A DNA stretch of 64,000 nt from an uncultured Spirochaetota bacterium (GCA_963734495.1 CAVTHK010000003.1:224001-288000); one strand, 5' to 3'; shown: positions 11,993 through 21,363, numbered from the stretch's first letter. Program-made: numbers and translations. Notes: generated by a model from the letters alone, not told the origin.

Positions 11993-13225
11993 ATGTCTGG
12001 TCCGCAATTAACGTTAGTCAACTTCCGCAAGGGCGCGTATGTCACCGTCGAGGGCAAACAGCGCGCCGATCAGTTCTACATCATCCGCAGCGGCAAGGTG
12101 CAGGTCCGCAAAGAGGTCGAGATCGCCGAGGAGCAGGAGGAGAAGGTCCTCGTCCCCGGCGACTTCTTCGGCGTCGTGTCGACGATGTCCGCCCACAGCC
12201 ACATCGAGACGGCGATCGCGATCACCGACGTTTCCCTGATCGCCGTCGGCCGCGACCAGTTCGGGCTGCTCATCCAGCGCAACGCGCCGGTCGCCATGAA
12301 GATCATCTTCCAGTTCTCCAAGCGCATGCGCGCGCTCGACGGGGCGCTCACGCGGGTGAACTTCAAGAACACCGCGGGGGAGAACCCGTCGCACCTGTTC
12401 AAGGTGGCCGAGTACTACCTCAAGCAGAGCCAGTACAACCAGGCCTACTACTCCTACTTCCGGTTCCTGCAGCACTGCCCGGACGACCCGAACGCCAAGG
12501 TGGCGCGCGAGCGGATGGCGAAGATCATGCCGTACGCCAAGGCGGTGTATCTCGACGGGGGAGGCAGCGACTTTACGCGCGTCTACCCGAAGAACACGAT
12601 GATCTTCTCCGAGAACGAGCCCGGCAAGGAGCTGTACATCATCCAGAAGGGCGTGGTGAAGATCAGCAAGATCGTCGACGACAAGGAAGTGCTGATCGCC
12701 CTCCTGCCGCAAGGCGACATCTTCGGCGAGATGGCGCTGCTCGACAACCGGCCGCGCTCCGCGTCGGCCGTCGCCCACGAGGACGTGACCCTGCTCGCGG
12801 TCAACCAGTCCAACTTCGCCCGGATGGTGCAGACGCAGCCCCAGATCGTCACGCGCCTCACGACCCTGCTCGCCGAGCGCATCTGGTTCGTCTACAAGCA
12901 GCTCGCCAACGCCATGATCAAGAACCCCCTGGGCCGCCTGTACGACTCGCTGATGCTGCAGCTCGAGAAGAGCAAGGTCAACATCGCCCACGGCGAGCCC
13001 TACACCTTCGAGTTCGGGCCCAAGGAGCTCACCGGCATGGTGGGGCTGTCGGCCAACGAGGGCGGCGACCTGCTGCGGCGGCTCTTCGAGAACAGGCGCC
13101 TCAAGGTCGTGGACAACAGGATCCAGACGTCCGACGTCGAAGAGATCAAGAAGCAGGCGGAGTACTTCAAGAAGATGGAGTCGATCGACAAGGCCCGCCG
13201 CGAAGCCCGCGCCGGCACCCAGTAG
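11993..13225 (+). CDS. Crp/Fnr-family protein: cNMP domain, TPR-like hairpin, second cNMP domain, C-terminal winged helix
   Basis: Two cNMP domains (FYIIRSGKVQV..PGDFFG; LYIIQKGVVKI..GDIFGEMALLDNRPRSASA); TPR-like LFKVAEYYLKQSQYNQAYYSYFRFLQHCPDD. Confidence 0.88.
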   Translation: MSGPQLTLVNFRKGAYVTVEGKQRADQFYIIRSGKVQVRKEVEIAEEQEEKVLVPGDFFGVVSTMSAHSHIETAIAITDVSLIAVGRDQFGLLIQRNAPVAMKIIFQFSKRMRALDGALTRVNFKNTAGENPSHLFKVAEYYLKQSQYNQAYYSYFRFLQHCPDDPNAKVARERMAKIMPYAKAVYLDGGGSDFTRVYPKNTMIFSENEPGKELYIIQKGVVKISKIVDDKEVLIALLPQGDIFGEMALLDNRPRSASAVAHEDVTLLAVNQSNFARMVQTQPQIVTRLTTLLAERIWFVYKQLANAMIKNPLGRLYDSLMLQLEKSKVNIAHGEPYTFEFGPKELTGMVGLSANEGGDLLRRLFENRRLKVVDNRIQTSDVEEIKKQAEYFKKMESIDKARREARAGTQ

Positions 13226-13244
13226 CCGCCCGTCTCCGATCCCG

Positions 13245-14310
13245 CTACAGAAGCTCCGAGCGCCCCTTTCCCTTGACTTGCTCGACCACGTCCCTCACGA
13301 GCTGAGAGCTCCCGGCGCGGCAGACCAGGCAGACACCGTTGCGGATCACGACGATCAGCCCGCTCACCCCCGCGAGGGCCACGGGGATGTCCGAGAGCAC
13401 GAAGTTCCCGTCGCCGCCCGCCGAGGCGACCTCGCCCTGGGGCCGGGCGAAGCGCGCCACTTCGTCCCAGCTCCCCACGTCGCTCCAGGCGAAGTCGGCC
13501 TCGACCATCGCGGCCCGGCGGCTTTTTTCCATGATGGCGTAGTCGATCGAGATCGAGCGGAGGCCGCCGTAGATCTCGCGCAGGCCCGCTGAAGGGGCGA
13601 CGATGCCGCGGCGAGGCGCCCGCTTCGCGAGCGCGGCCCGGCCGGCGCGGAACGGCTCGGCCAGCCACGGCGCCAGCGCGCCCGCCTCCTCCAGGAACGA
13701 GCGGCGGCGTGAACGCGAACATCCCGGAGTTCCAGTAGTAGCCGCCGCTTTCGAGGTAGCGGCGGGCGCGCTCGGCGTCGGGCTTCTCGTGGAAGCTGCG
13801 CACGGCGAGGCCCTCGCCGAGCCGCTCGCCGGCTTCGATGTAGCCGTAGCCGGTCTCGGGCCGGTCGGGCCGCACCCCGAAGACCACGAGGCGTCCCTCG
13901 GCGGCGAGCGCGGCGGCGCGGGCGACCGCGGCGGCAAAGCGCTCCTGCGGCTCGATGATGTGGTCGGCGGCCAGCACGAGCAGCGGCGCGTCCGCCTCGC
14001 CGCGGGCCTCGAGCCAGGCGCAGGCGTAGGCGATCGCGGGCGCCGTGTTGCGCGCGGCCGGTTCGGCGAGGATCGCGAGGCCGGGCGCCCGCAGCCCGCG
14101 CGCCTGCTTCAGGACCGCCTGCGCCTGGCTCTCGTGGGTGACGACGAGCACGCGGCCGGCAGGCCGCAGGCCGAGCGCGCGCGCCAGCGCCTGCTGGAGG
14201 AGCGATCGGCCGCTGCCGAGGTCCAGGAACTGCTTCGGCGAGCCTTCGCGCGATGCCGGCCACAACCGGGTGCCCGCGCCGCCCGCCAGGATCACGACGT
14301 GCTGGATCAT
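13245..14310 (-). CDS. manC: Mannose-1-phosphate guanylyltransferase (indel near 13708)
   Basis: VILAGGAGTRLWPASR..PKQFL, EPAARNTAPAI, PETGYGYI, FHEKPD, WNSGMF, SIDYAIMEK, WSDVGSW. Confidence 0.92.
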
Positions 14311-14420
14311 CGCCCCAATGTGACGCGCGGGGTCCTCCGAATCAACCCGCGCGGGGCCCCGCGGCCGCCGCCTCCGAGTCGCCTGCGGCGCCGCTCCCGC
14401 GCGGCAGCCTTCAGTTTGTG

Positions 14421-14450
14421 TTGACCTCGCTCTTGGGGTGAGGCTATGCT
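14421..14450 (+). promoter_or_regulatory. Sigma70 promoter for tRNA-Pro and tRNA-Arg
   Basis: TTGACC-18bp-TATGCT, 9 nt before the tRNA. Confidence 0.65.
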
Positions 14451-14459
14451 CATTGGCAT

Positions 14460-14532
14460 CGGGATGTAGCCTAGCGGCTAAGGCGCCTGCTTTGGGAGCA
14501 GGAGATCGGAGGTTCGATTCCTCTCATCCCGA
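14460..14532 (+). tRNA. tRNA-Pro (anticodon UGG)
   Basis: CGGGATG/CATCCCG acceptor stem; CCTGC-TT-TGG-GA-GCAGG; GGTTCGATTCC T-arm; CCA not encoded. Confidence 0.95.
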
Positions 14533-14537
14533 TGCGC

Positions 14538-14611
14538 GCGTCCATAGCTCAGGTGGATAGAGCATCTGCCTTCTAAGCAGAGGGTCGCTGGTTCGAGTCC
14601 AGCTGGACGTA
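14538..14611 (+). tRNA. tRNA-Arg (anticodon UCU)
   Basis: GCGTCCA/TGGACGT stem; TCTGC-CT-TCT-AA-GCAGA; GGTTCGAGTCC. Confidence 0.95.
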
Positions 14612-14782
14612 TCCAGGCAAGTCCTTGCGGCAGAGTGGGGCGCGGCGGCAGGCACCGTGCAGGGCGGATGCCGGAGCCGCCCTGCCGCGCGGCGACCGCG
14701 CAGTGCGCGCGAGAATGCATTTTGCTGTCGGCGAGCGTCATTCGAGCAGACGCACCGGCGCCGAGCGAGAAGTCTGCCCGGC

Positions 14783-15082
14783 CTAGCGCTCCAGCGGCAT
14801 CTCGTAGAGGATGTCCGATTTGTGCGTCCAGTAGCGGTTGAGGTTCAGGCCCTGACGGGTGCTTGTTCCCACGCGGGCCTTCTCGGCCGCCTCAAGGGAT
14901 GGGTAAGAGTATATGCAAACGCTCATTCCGTCCCTGTAGGACCGGTACCACGCCACCGTCTTCCCGCCGACAGACGCGACTACCTCATCCCGCTTCTTCA
15001 TCAAGTCGTCGACTTGCTTTGCGGTCAGCTGCCAACCGGCCTCCGTCGTACCCGTTACCTTCAACATCACATAGATCGCCAC
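14783..15082 (-). CDS. Small (99 aa) putative dimeric alpha+beta barrel protein, paralog 1
   Basis: GTG start after GAGGAGG; MAIYVMLKV..WQLTAKQ..SVGGKTVAWYRSY..YSYPSLEAAEKAR..RYWTHKSDILYEMPL; clearly homologous to the 16790 ORF. Confidence 0.75.
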   Translation of the reverse strand: MAIYVMLKVTGTTEAGWQLTAKQVDDLMKKRDEVVASVGGKTVAWYRSYRDGMSVCIYSYPSLEAAEKARVGTSTRQGLNLNRYWTHKSDILYEMPLER

Positions 15083-15161
15083 TTTGCTCCTCCTCAAGCC
15101 CACCGTGAAGACGTCGGGGCGAGAGTACACCAGTGGTCGGCGTCGGCGAGGTCGAGCGGAT

Positions 15162-15205
15162 GAGATATGTCCTCGACCGTCAACGAAGTGTCTCACGCCG
15201 TCAGT
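15162..15205 (-). promoter_or_regulatory. Conserved 44-bp upstream motif, copy 1 (putative activator-binding array)
   Basis: ACTGACGGCGTGAGACACTTCGTTGACGGTCGAGGACATATCTC; 40/44 identical to 17483-17526. Confidence 0.75.
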
Positions 15206-15457
15206 TGCCACTGTCCGCGAGGCGCGGTTTCGTTCGGATCTTGACTGTCAGGACTGATGACATCAGGAAGGCGGGCACGATCTGACTGCATGCAACAAAG
15301 CAGGCCCCGCGGCAGATCCAGTGTATATCGCGCCTGCTTACGCGGAATGTGCGGAGGGTATGTGGGGGGATTGCGACCTGGGCATGTTGCGTGGCCGAGT
15401 GCTTGGTGGTACTTTATTACAAGAGGCGGCCAAAGAAACACCCCGAAAGGCTCGAGG

Positions 15458-15856
15458 ATGGAAGGTAAGTGCAACGCGCTACTCATGGCCGATCGCATCA
15501 TCAAAGAGGACAACGGCAAGCGCGGGATCATTGGATCGTTCAACACCTTCAACTTGCCTTCGTTTCCAGGGCAAGCGCCGCCGTTTTTCATCTACGCTAA
15601 TCTTGAGGACTTCACGGACGAGGCGGAGTTTTCGGTAAGCATCGCAAGGGAAGGGGCTGAGTTGGTCGTGTTCTCCGCTGGCGGTGAGATCAAGTTTGCC
15701 AGCGGCAGGGAAGCAGAATTGATCGTGCCAGCTTTCGGTGTGACGTTCCCCAAGCCGGGCAACTACAATCTTGTTCTGAGAGTCGGCAACGGTCAATTCG
15801 GTTCGAGGAGAATCATCGTGAACGCGGTAACAATACCGCAGGGTGGGGGCGAGTGA
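15458..15856 (+). CDS. Hypothetical Ig-like beta-sandwich protein (DUF6941-like)
   Basis: LLMADRIIKEDNGKRGIIGSFNT..FPKPGNYNLVLRV pattern; visibly lower GC than the flanks. Confidence 0.65.
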   Translation: MEGKCNALLMADRIIKEDNGKRGIIGSFNTFNLPSFPGQAPPFFIYANLEDFTDEAEFSVSIAREGAELVVFSAGGEIKFASGREAELIVPAFGVTFPKPGNYNLVLRVGNGQFGSRRIIVNAVTIPQGGGE

Positions 15857-16062
15857 TGTCGAAACTCACTTTGTTGCCGGAAACGGTCAGCGCTGACGGC
15901 GTGCCAACATATAAGGTCCAGGAAACGACGTTCACGAACAACGTCTCACAGCAGTTGGTGATCATTCCTGAGAGCACTCGGGATCTCCTGCTCGCCTCTG
16001 AGAAAGCCCTGGCATCGGTCTGGGCGACCCCAGAGGAGGACGAAGCCTGGAAGGACCTTTGA
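15856..16062 (+). CDS. Putative type II antitoxin (DUF2281-like C-terminus)
   Basis: C-terminal LASEKALASVWATPEEDEAWKDL, a motif typical of antitoxins preceding PemK/MazF genes; start and stop overlap both neighbours. Confidence 0.75.
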   Translation: MSKLTLLPETVSADGVPTYKVQETTFTNNVSQQLVIIPESTRDLLLASEKALASVWATPEEDEAWKDL

Positions 16063-16371
16063 GAGGCGAAGTCGCAACGGTCCTGTTCCCGTTCTCCGAC
16101 CTTGCGAGCGCTAAGCCGCGACCGGTGCTTGTTCTCATAGACCTTCCCGGAGATGACGTTGTGGTCGCTGCAATCACATCTTCGGGCTCTGATCCGAACG
16201 GAGTCCTTCTAGGACCTGATGACTTTGTGCATGGGCGACTCGACCGTCCCTCCTACATCCGCCCAGCGAAGCTGTTCACGATCGAAGAGAAGACTTCGCA
16301 CGCACGTCGGACAGGTTACTGAAGCAAAGAGACGCGAGGTAGTCGCAAGACTCCTCAGGCTGCTCGGCTGA
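16059..16371 (+). CDS. PemK/MazF-family endoribonuclease toxin (indel near 16295; shifted frame ends VGQVTEAKRREVVARLLRLLG*)
   Basis: RGEVATVLFPFSDLASAKPRPVLVL..VVAAITS..GRLDRPSYIRPAKLFT. Confidence 0.85.
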
Positions 16372-16789
16372 AGGCGTGCGGCTCCCTGAAGGCAACCCGC
16401 AGGACTCGTGTAGCGGGGCAGCGACCGCTGCCGTCGCTTCGAAGGTCCGCTGCCGGAAGACCGCGACTGGGTTGCCCGCAAATCTCCCGTGGACGACTTG
16501 AGGTTGCCTCCGGTCATCCGGCGATTTGGTGATCTGCTTCAATAAGTGACTCGACCCGGGACTGCTGGGACTGCCCGGCTGCCGTCTGCCTGTATAGGAC
16601 CGGTACACCAGCGTGAACGCGGACTTAGCGAAATTGTTCCGTAGGGACACACTCTACGCAACAGTCTTCACAGCGATCCAAAGCACACCTCTTCCCAAGC
16701 GCTACCGCGTCATGGCCGAAAGCCTGTCTGACGTCGCACCGCTCACGAGCGCGGGCACGCGCCGGCTGCGGCGGACAAGCGCTCGAGTC

Positions 16790-17010
16790 TTACGAGTCCA
16801 GCGGCATCTCGGACAGGATATCCTCTTCGTAGGTGTAGTAGCGCTGGCTATTCAGACCGACGCGGCCCCAGATTCCCATGCGAGCCCTCTCGGCTGCCTC
16901 CAGGGATGGATACGAGGTGATGTAGAGCGGGCCTCGACCGATGTACGAGCGGTAGACCGCCACTGCCTTGCCGCCAACTGATACGACGATTTCCTGCCGT
17001 TTCTGCTTCC
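16790..17010 (-). pseudogene. 5'-truncated paralog 2 of the 14783-15082 gene
   Basis: KRQEIVVSVGGKAVAVYRSY..SYPSLEAAERAR..QRYYTYEEDILSEMPL aligns with paralog 1; the N-terminal ~28 aa and the RBS are missing. Confidence 0.7.
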
Positions 17011-17123
17011 TATCGTCCCCTGTGTCATCGCGAGCGGCATTGCAGGTGGTCGGTCGTGGCAAAGGCCGGGTCGCCGCGTCCGGCAGGACGCTCCGCCGAC
17101 AGGCCGGCAGCGCTGGATGTCTG

Positions 17124-17420
17124 CTATCCTCCCCAGCGCGTCCCCAGCATCGTCTCGGACTCCATGTAGCGGAACAGGCCCAGCGCGACCATGCCCTGGT
17201 AGTGCTTCTGGACGGCGTCCATGCTCGGATACTCGTGGACGCCGCACAGGCTCCACGACTCGTTGTTCCAGCCCGGGTCGCAGAACGCCAGGTTCTTGAC
17301 GCCGAGCTGCTCGCGGAGCTCGGCCTCTTTCGCGAACCGCTCGTTGCGCTCGGCCGCGCTCAACTGGTACCAGGCGTCGGTCCAGCGCACCCTGAAGAAC
17401 TTGTAGATCGGCCCTTCCAT
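17124..17420 (-). CDS. Small (98 aa) putative dimeric alpha+beta barrel protein (darcynin/chlorite-dismutase-like fold), paralog 3
   Basis: ATG after GGAGG; IYKFFRVRWTDAWYQLSAAER..HEYPSMDAVQKH..RYMESETMLG shares W-QL, YPS and RY landmarks with paralog 1. Confidence 0.8.
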   Translation of the reverse strand: MEGPIYKFFRVRWTDAWYQLSAAERNERFAKEAELREQLGVKNLAFCDPGWNNESWSLCGVHEYPSMDAVQKHYQGMVALGLFRYMESETMLGTRWGG

Positions 17421-17482
17421 GTCTTCGACCCTCCGCTCTGCCAGTGTAGAGGGGGCGTCCGACGCGCGCGACACACGCGGGC

Positions 17483-17526
17483 GAGATATGTCCTCGACCG
17501 TCAAACCAGTGTCTCGCGCCGTCAGT
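17483..17526 (-). promoter_or_regulatory. Conserved 44-bp upstream motif, copy 2
   Basis: ACTGACGGCGCGAGACACTGGTTTGACGGTCGAGGACATATCTC; last GACA is 40 nt from the -10 TACACT. Confidence 0.75.
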
Positions 17527-17619
17527 CACTGGTCGCAGCGAAGCCCGCTGTCGTGCCTGACGGCACCGCGCCAGGCACCGCGCAGGACGGATGCGCCCCG
17601 CCGCGCACGATGTCGCGCG

Positions 17620-18005
17620 CTACTCGTCGGCGAAGCGATAGCCGACGCCGATCTCGGTGTAGATGTATCGGGGGCGGGCCGGGTCGGGCTCGATCTTGCG
17701 CCGGAGTCCCGCCATGTAGATGCGGACGTAGTGATTCTGGTCGCCTCTGCCCGGCCCCCAGACCTCCGTCAGCAGGTAGTTGTGCGTGAGCACCTTGCCC
17801 GCGTTCCGCATGAGCACGATGAGAAGCCGGTACTCGATAGGAGTAAGGTGAAGGTCTCTGCCGGCCAGGTACGTCCTGTGAGCCTCCGCGTCGACCTCCA
17901 GCTCGCCGACCTTGAGCCTTCCTACCTCGTCCGCGGAGCGTCCGGGAGCGTCGGTCGTCCGGCGGAGGGCCACGCGGATGCGCGCGAGCAGCTCCCCGAC
18001 GCCGA
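17620..18005 (-). pseudogene. KdpE-like OmpR-family DNA-binding domain lacking the receiver domain
   Basis: GVGELLARIRVALRR..HLTPIEYRLL..NAGKVLTHNYLLTEVWG..YVRIYMAGLRRKIEPDPARPRYIYTEIGVGYRF; in-frame TGA about 16 codons upstream. Confidence 0.8.
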
Positions 18006-18209
18006 GACGATGGCCTGATACGACGGCTCGGCTTCGAGTGGCGAAACATGCTCACGCCGGAGGGGCGCCGGTACTGCCAGGCCGAGTTCGAGCCGTCGGG
18101 GTCCCGGTCCTCCACGGATGGCGTCAGCGGGCACGGGGGCACCACCGTCCACGAGAGATGAAGCGGCCTGCCCCACGGCCCGCGCCACGGCCTGCGCCGC
18201 GAAGTCGAC

Positions 18210-19353
18210 CTACCGAACGGTCCGCCCTTTCCAGATGATGCCGCGGCGCGCGATCGCGCGGTTGAGGGCGCGCCCCGTCAGGAACAGCAGGTTCAGGAAC
18301 AGCAGCGGGGTGAGCAGCGGCGCCCACCACCGGTGCCCCCGGTCGTACAGAACAGTCGCCCATAGCAGGAGAAACCCGGCGACCTCGGCGAGCACCAGGG
18401 GCTCGCCGCGTCCTGCCAGGAGCTCGAGCGTCGCGACGGCCGCGGGGATGACGACCACCACGGCCGCAAGGGCCGCGCCGAGCGCGACCGTCAGAGGCTG
18501 GCGCAGGCAGGTGTCGTAGATGTTCTTCAAGACGCTCTCGGCCGCTCCGCGATACCCACCGTGTGCGCGGCAGCTGACGTGGCCGGCCGCGTCGAGGAAT
18601 ACGGTGGCTGAATCCCGCGCGCTTGAGCTCGCGCGCGATCGAGACGTCCTCCCCGATGTGATCCGCGACCGCGGCATACCCGCCGACCGCCTCGAACGCC
18701 GCGCGCCGGAAGACCATGAGCTGCCCGATGGCGAGCGACAGCGCGGGGGCCCGCGTGTGCGGCACCAGCGCGAGCGGCAGCAGAAAGGCGGTCATCACGT
18801 ACATCGCCGGAACGACCAGCGCCTCGCCGACGGTGCGCACGTCCTGGCGCACGTACCCCGAAAGCAGGTCGGCCCGGTGCGCCAGCAGGTTGGTCACGGC
18901 CCATGCCACGCTGTGCGGCCCGTGGATCGTGTCCGCGTCGGTGAACATGAGGCACTCGCCCGTCGCCTCCGCGGCGAGCTGCTGCATGGCGTGCGTCTTG
19001 CCGCACCAGCCCGCGCGCGGAAGCGGCCGCCCCCGCAGCGCGCGGATCAGCCCCGGGTAGCGGGCCGCATACCGGGTCACGATCGCGCCGGTCCCGTCCG
19101 TGGACTCATCGTCGAGAACGATGATCTCGTAGCTTCCGTAGCTCTGCTCTGCCAGGCTCGCGAGGCAGTCGCCGATGGCGTGCTCCTCGTTCCGCGCGGG
19201 GATCAGGACGGACACTTTCGGCTGCCTGGTGCCGGCTCCCAGTCGCGGCTTCCGGGTCGAGATCCGCAACCACATGATGTTCGCGAGCGAAAGGGACGCG
19301 ACCCAGGCCAGTCCAGCAAGAAAGAGAATGTCGAAGGAAGGCAGCGGCCTCAT
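18210..19353 (-). CDS. Membrane glycosyltransferase family 2 (CrtQ/HpnB-like; indel near 18610)
   Basis: VSVLIPARNEE, LDDESTDGT, GWCGKTHA, FTDADT, AFEAVGGY..EDV; C-terminal WKGR. Confidence 0.88.
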
Positions 19354-19378
19354 CGTCGCGCCCCATCGGTCGCGCCGG

Positions 19379-21094
19379 TCACTTGGCGGCGAGGGCCGAC
19401 CCCACGCTCTTTGGCTCCGGATGCGGCGTCGGGGGGACCAGGGGCCTCGCCGACGCGAGCGGTTCCTCCGCGGCGTCGGCGAAGCCTTCCGTCTCGGCAC
19501 CCGTCGCGGGCGCTTCCTCGATTTCGTTGACCGCGACCCGCTGTCGCCTGCGCAGAAGCGAGAGCGGCACCACACCCAACAGCGTGACGATTCCCGCGAT
19601 CATGAAGCAGTCGTTGACGGCGGCGACGAATGCCTCGTTGCCGAGCCGCATGAAAAGCAGGCTACGCGCCTGCGCGGCCGCGTCGGCCGGCGTGCTGCCC
19701 ACCCTCATGGCGTGCGTCTGCAGCGCCCCGAGCGTCGAGCGCAGCGCGGGCGAGTTGGGGTCGAGCGCGAGGCCGCGCATCGCCGTGTGGAAGACGACCC
19801 GCTTCGCCTCGATCGCGCCCATGATCGCCACCCCGACGCTGCCGCCGACCTGGCGGATGACGTTGAGCATGCCCGAGGCCTGCGCCATCTTCTCTCGGGG
19901 AATCTCCGAGACGGCGATCGTGTTCAGCGGCGTGAACGCCAAGCCGGCGCCGATGCCGCGGAGGATCAGCGTCGCCGTGATCCAGCCGGGCTCGGTCTGC
20001 AGCGTCATCAGGCTGTTGCGGTAGAGCGAAAACCCGAGGAGGGCGATGCCGCAGATGCCGGGGAGCTTCGGACTCGTGCGGTCTGCGAGCATGCCCGCCA
20101 ACGGCGAGAGCGTGCCCTGGATGAGCCCGATCGGCAGGAACATCAGACCCGTCTGAAGAGCCGTGTACCCCAGCGACGTCTGGAGGTAGAGCGGCATGAG
20201 GAACGTGCTCCCGAACATCCCCACCCCGAAGATGAAGAGGATGGAGTTGGCGAAGGCAAAATTGAAGTTGCGAAAGAGCCGCAGCTCGATCATCGGGTGC
20301 TCGATCGTGATCTCCGCGGCGAGAAAGACCAGCAGCCCGACAAATGACACGGCGAAGCAGGTGAGCACGTAGTCGGAGGACCAGCCGCCTGTGTTCCAGC
20401 GCGCGTTCCCGGCCGACAGCGCGAGCAGGAGCCCCGCGAGGAACACGGTCATCGAGATGCAGCCGAGAAAGTCGAACCGCGTGTTCTCCTTCTTCCTGTA
20501 CTCCTTCTGGACCGCCGCCGTGAACAGGACGCCGAACGACCCGACCGGGACGTTGACGGTAAAGATGGCCCTCCAGTTGAGCCGGTCGATGAGGAAGCCT
20601 CCGGTCATGGGCCCGAGGGAGATCGACGCCGCCGCCGCTATCCCCCAGAAGCCGAGCACCATGCCTCTCTGCTCCCTCGGGAACTCGCGCATGACGATCG
20701 CCATGCCGAGGGGCATGAGCAGCCCGGCGCCCGTGCCCTGCACGACGCGAAAGAAGATCAGCGTTCGCTCGTTCCACGCCAGGCCGCAGAGCAGGGACCC
20801 TACCGTGAACAGCAGCAGGGCCGATCCGTACATCTTCTTGTAGCCGAAATTGTCCGCAAGCCAGCCGGAGACGGGAAGCATGATCGTGGTCGCCAGCATG
20901 TAGGCCGTGATGACCCACTGGATGGTGTCGACGGAGGACCCGAAGCCGGCCATGATGCTGGACAGGCCGACGTTGACGATGGACGCGTCGAGCACCGCCA
21001 TAAAGGTGCCCACCATCACGTTGAGCAGCACGAACCACCGGTAAAGAGGGCTGGCAGTGATGCCGGCGGCCAGGGCCGGCGCGGGGGCGCTCAT
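19379..21094 (-). CDS. DHA2-family (EmrB/QacA) MFS efflux transporter
   Basis: GTFMAVLDASIVNVGL, QWVITAYML, GWLADNFGYKK, LGPMTGGFL, WRAIFTVNVPVG; about 14 TM segments. Confidence 0.93.
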   Translation of the reverse strand: MSAPAPALAAGITASPLYRWFVLLNVMVGTFMAVLDASIVNVGLSSIMAGFGSSVDTIQWVITAYMLATTIMLPVSGWLADNFGYKKMYGSALLLFTVGSLLCGLAWNERTLIFFRVVQGTGAGLLMPLGMAIVMREFPREQRGMVLGFWGIAAAASISLGPMTGGFLIDRLNWRAIFTVNVPVGSFGVLFTAAVQKEYRKKENTRFDFLGCISMTVFLAGLLLALSAGNARWNTGGWSSDYVLTCFAVSFVGLLVFLAAEITIEHPMIELRLFRNFNFAFANSILFIFGVGMFGSTFLMPLYLQTSLGYTALQTGLMFLPIGLIQGTLSPLAGMLADRTSPKLPGICGIALLGFSLYRNSLMTLQTEPGWITATLILRGIGAGLAFTPLNTIAVSEIPREKMAQASGMLNVIRQVGGSVGVAIMGAIEAKRVVFHTAMRGLALDPNSPALRSTLGALQTHAMRVGSTPADAAAQARSLLFMRLGNEAFVAAVNDCFMIAGIVTLLGVVPLSLLRRRQRVAVNEIEEAPATGAETEGFADAAEEPLASARPLVPPTPHPEPKSVGSALAAK

Positions 21095-21309
21095 GGGATG
21101 GCCGGCCGGGCATGCGGTGGGAGGCGAAGGACGTGGACGCGGCTCAAGCGGAGGCCTCCAGGCGACAGGAACAGACGCATCCTATCATCGCAGGGGCGTC
21201 GGTCGCAACGGAGCCGCCGGCACCGCCCGCGCCTCCGGTCGGCCGGGCCCCGAGGGCCAAGGACGGCCCTGCCGGCCGGCAGCCGAGGCAGGCCGGGGCA
21301 GCCGGTTTC

Positions 21310-21339
21310 TTGACATCAGGCGGTGTCTGCAGCTACTAT
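21310..21339 (+). promoter_or_regulatory. Sigma70 promoter of the His-Arg-Lys tRNA cluster
   Basis: TTGACA-18bp-TACTAT. Confidence 0.7.
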
Positions 21340-21363
21340 CTGTCCTGCCGCTTGTGCGTGCTT

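Noticed and set aside
14612-21300. Integrative element or prophage at tRNA-Arg(UCU)
   Set aside because: I saw no integrase or transposase and no convincing att duplication. The only match (CGAGTCCAGC near 16793) is 10 bp within a paralog's coding end. I treat the region as an accessory patch only.
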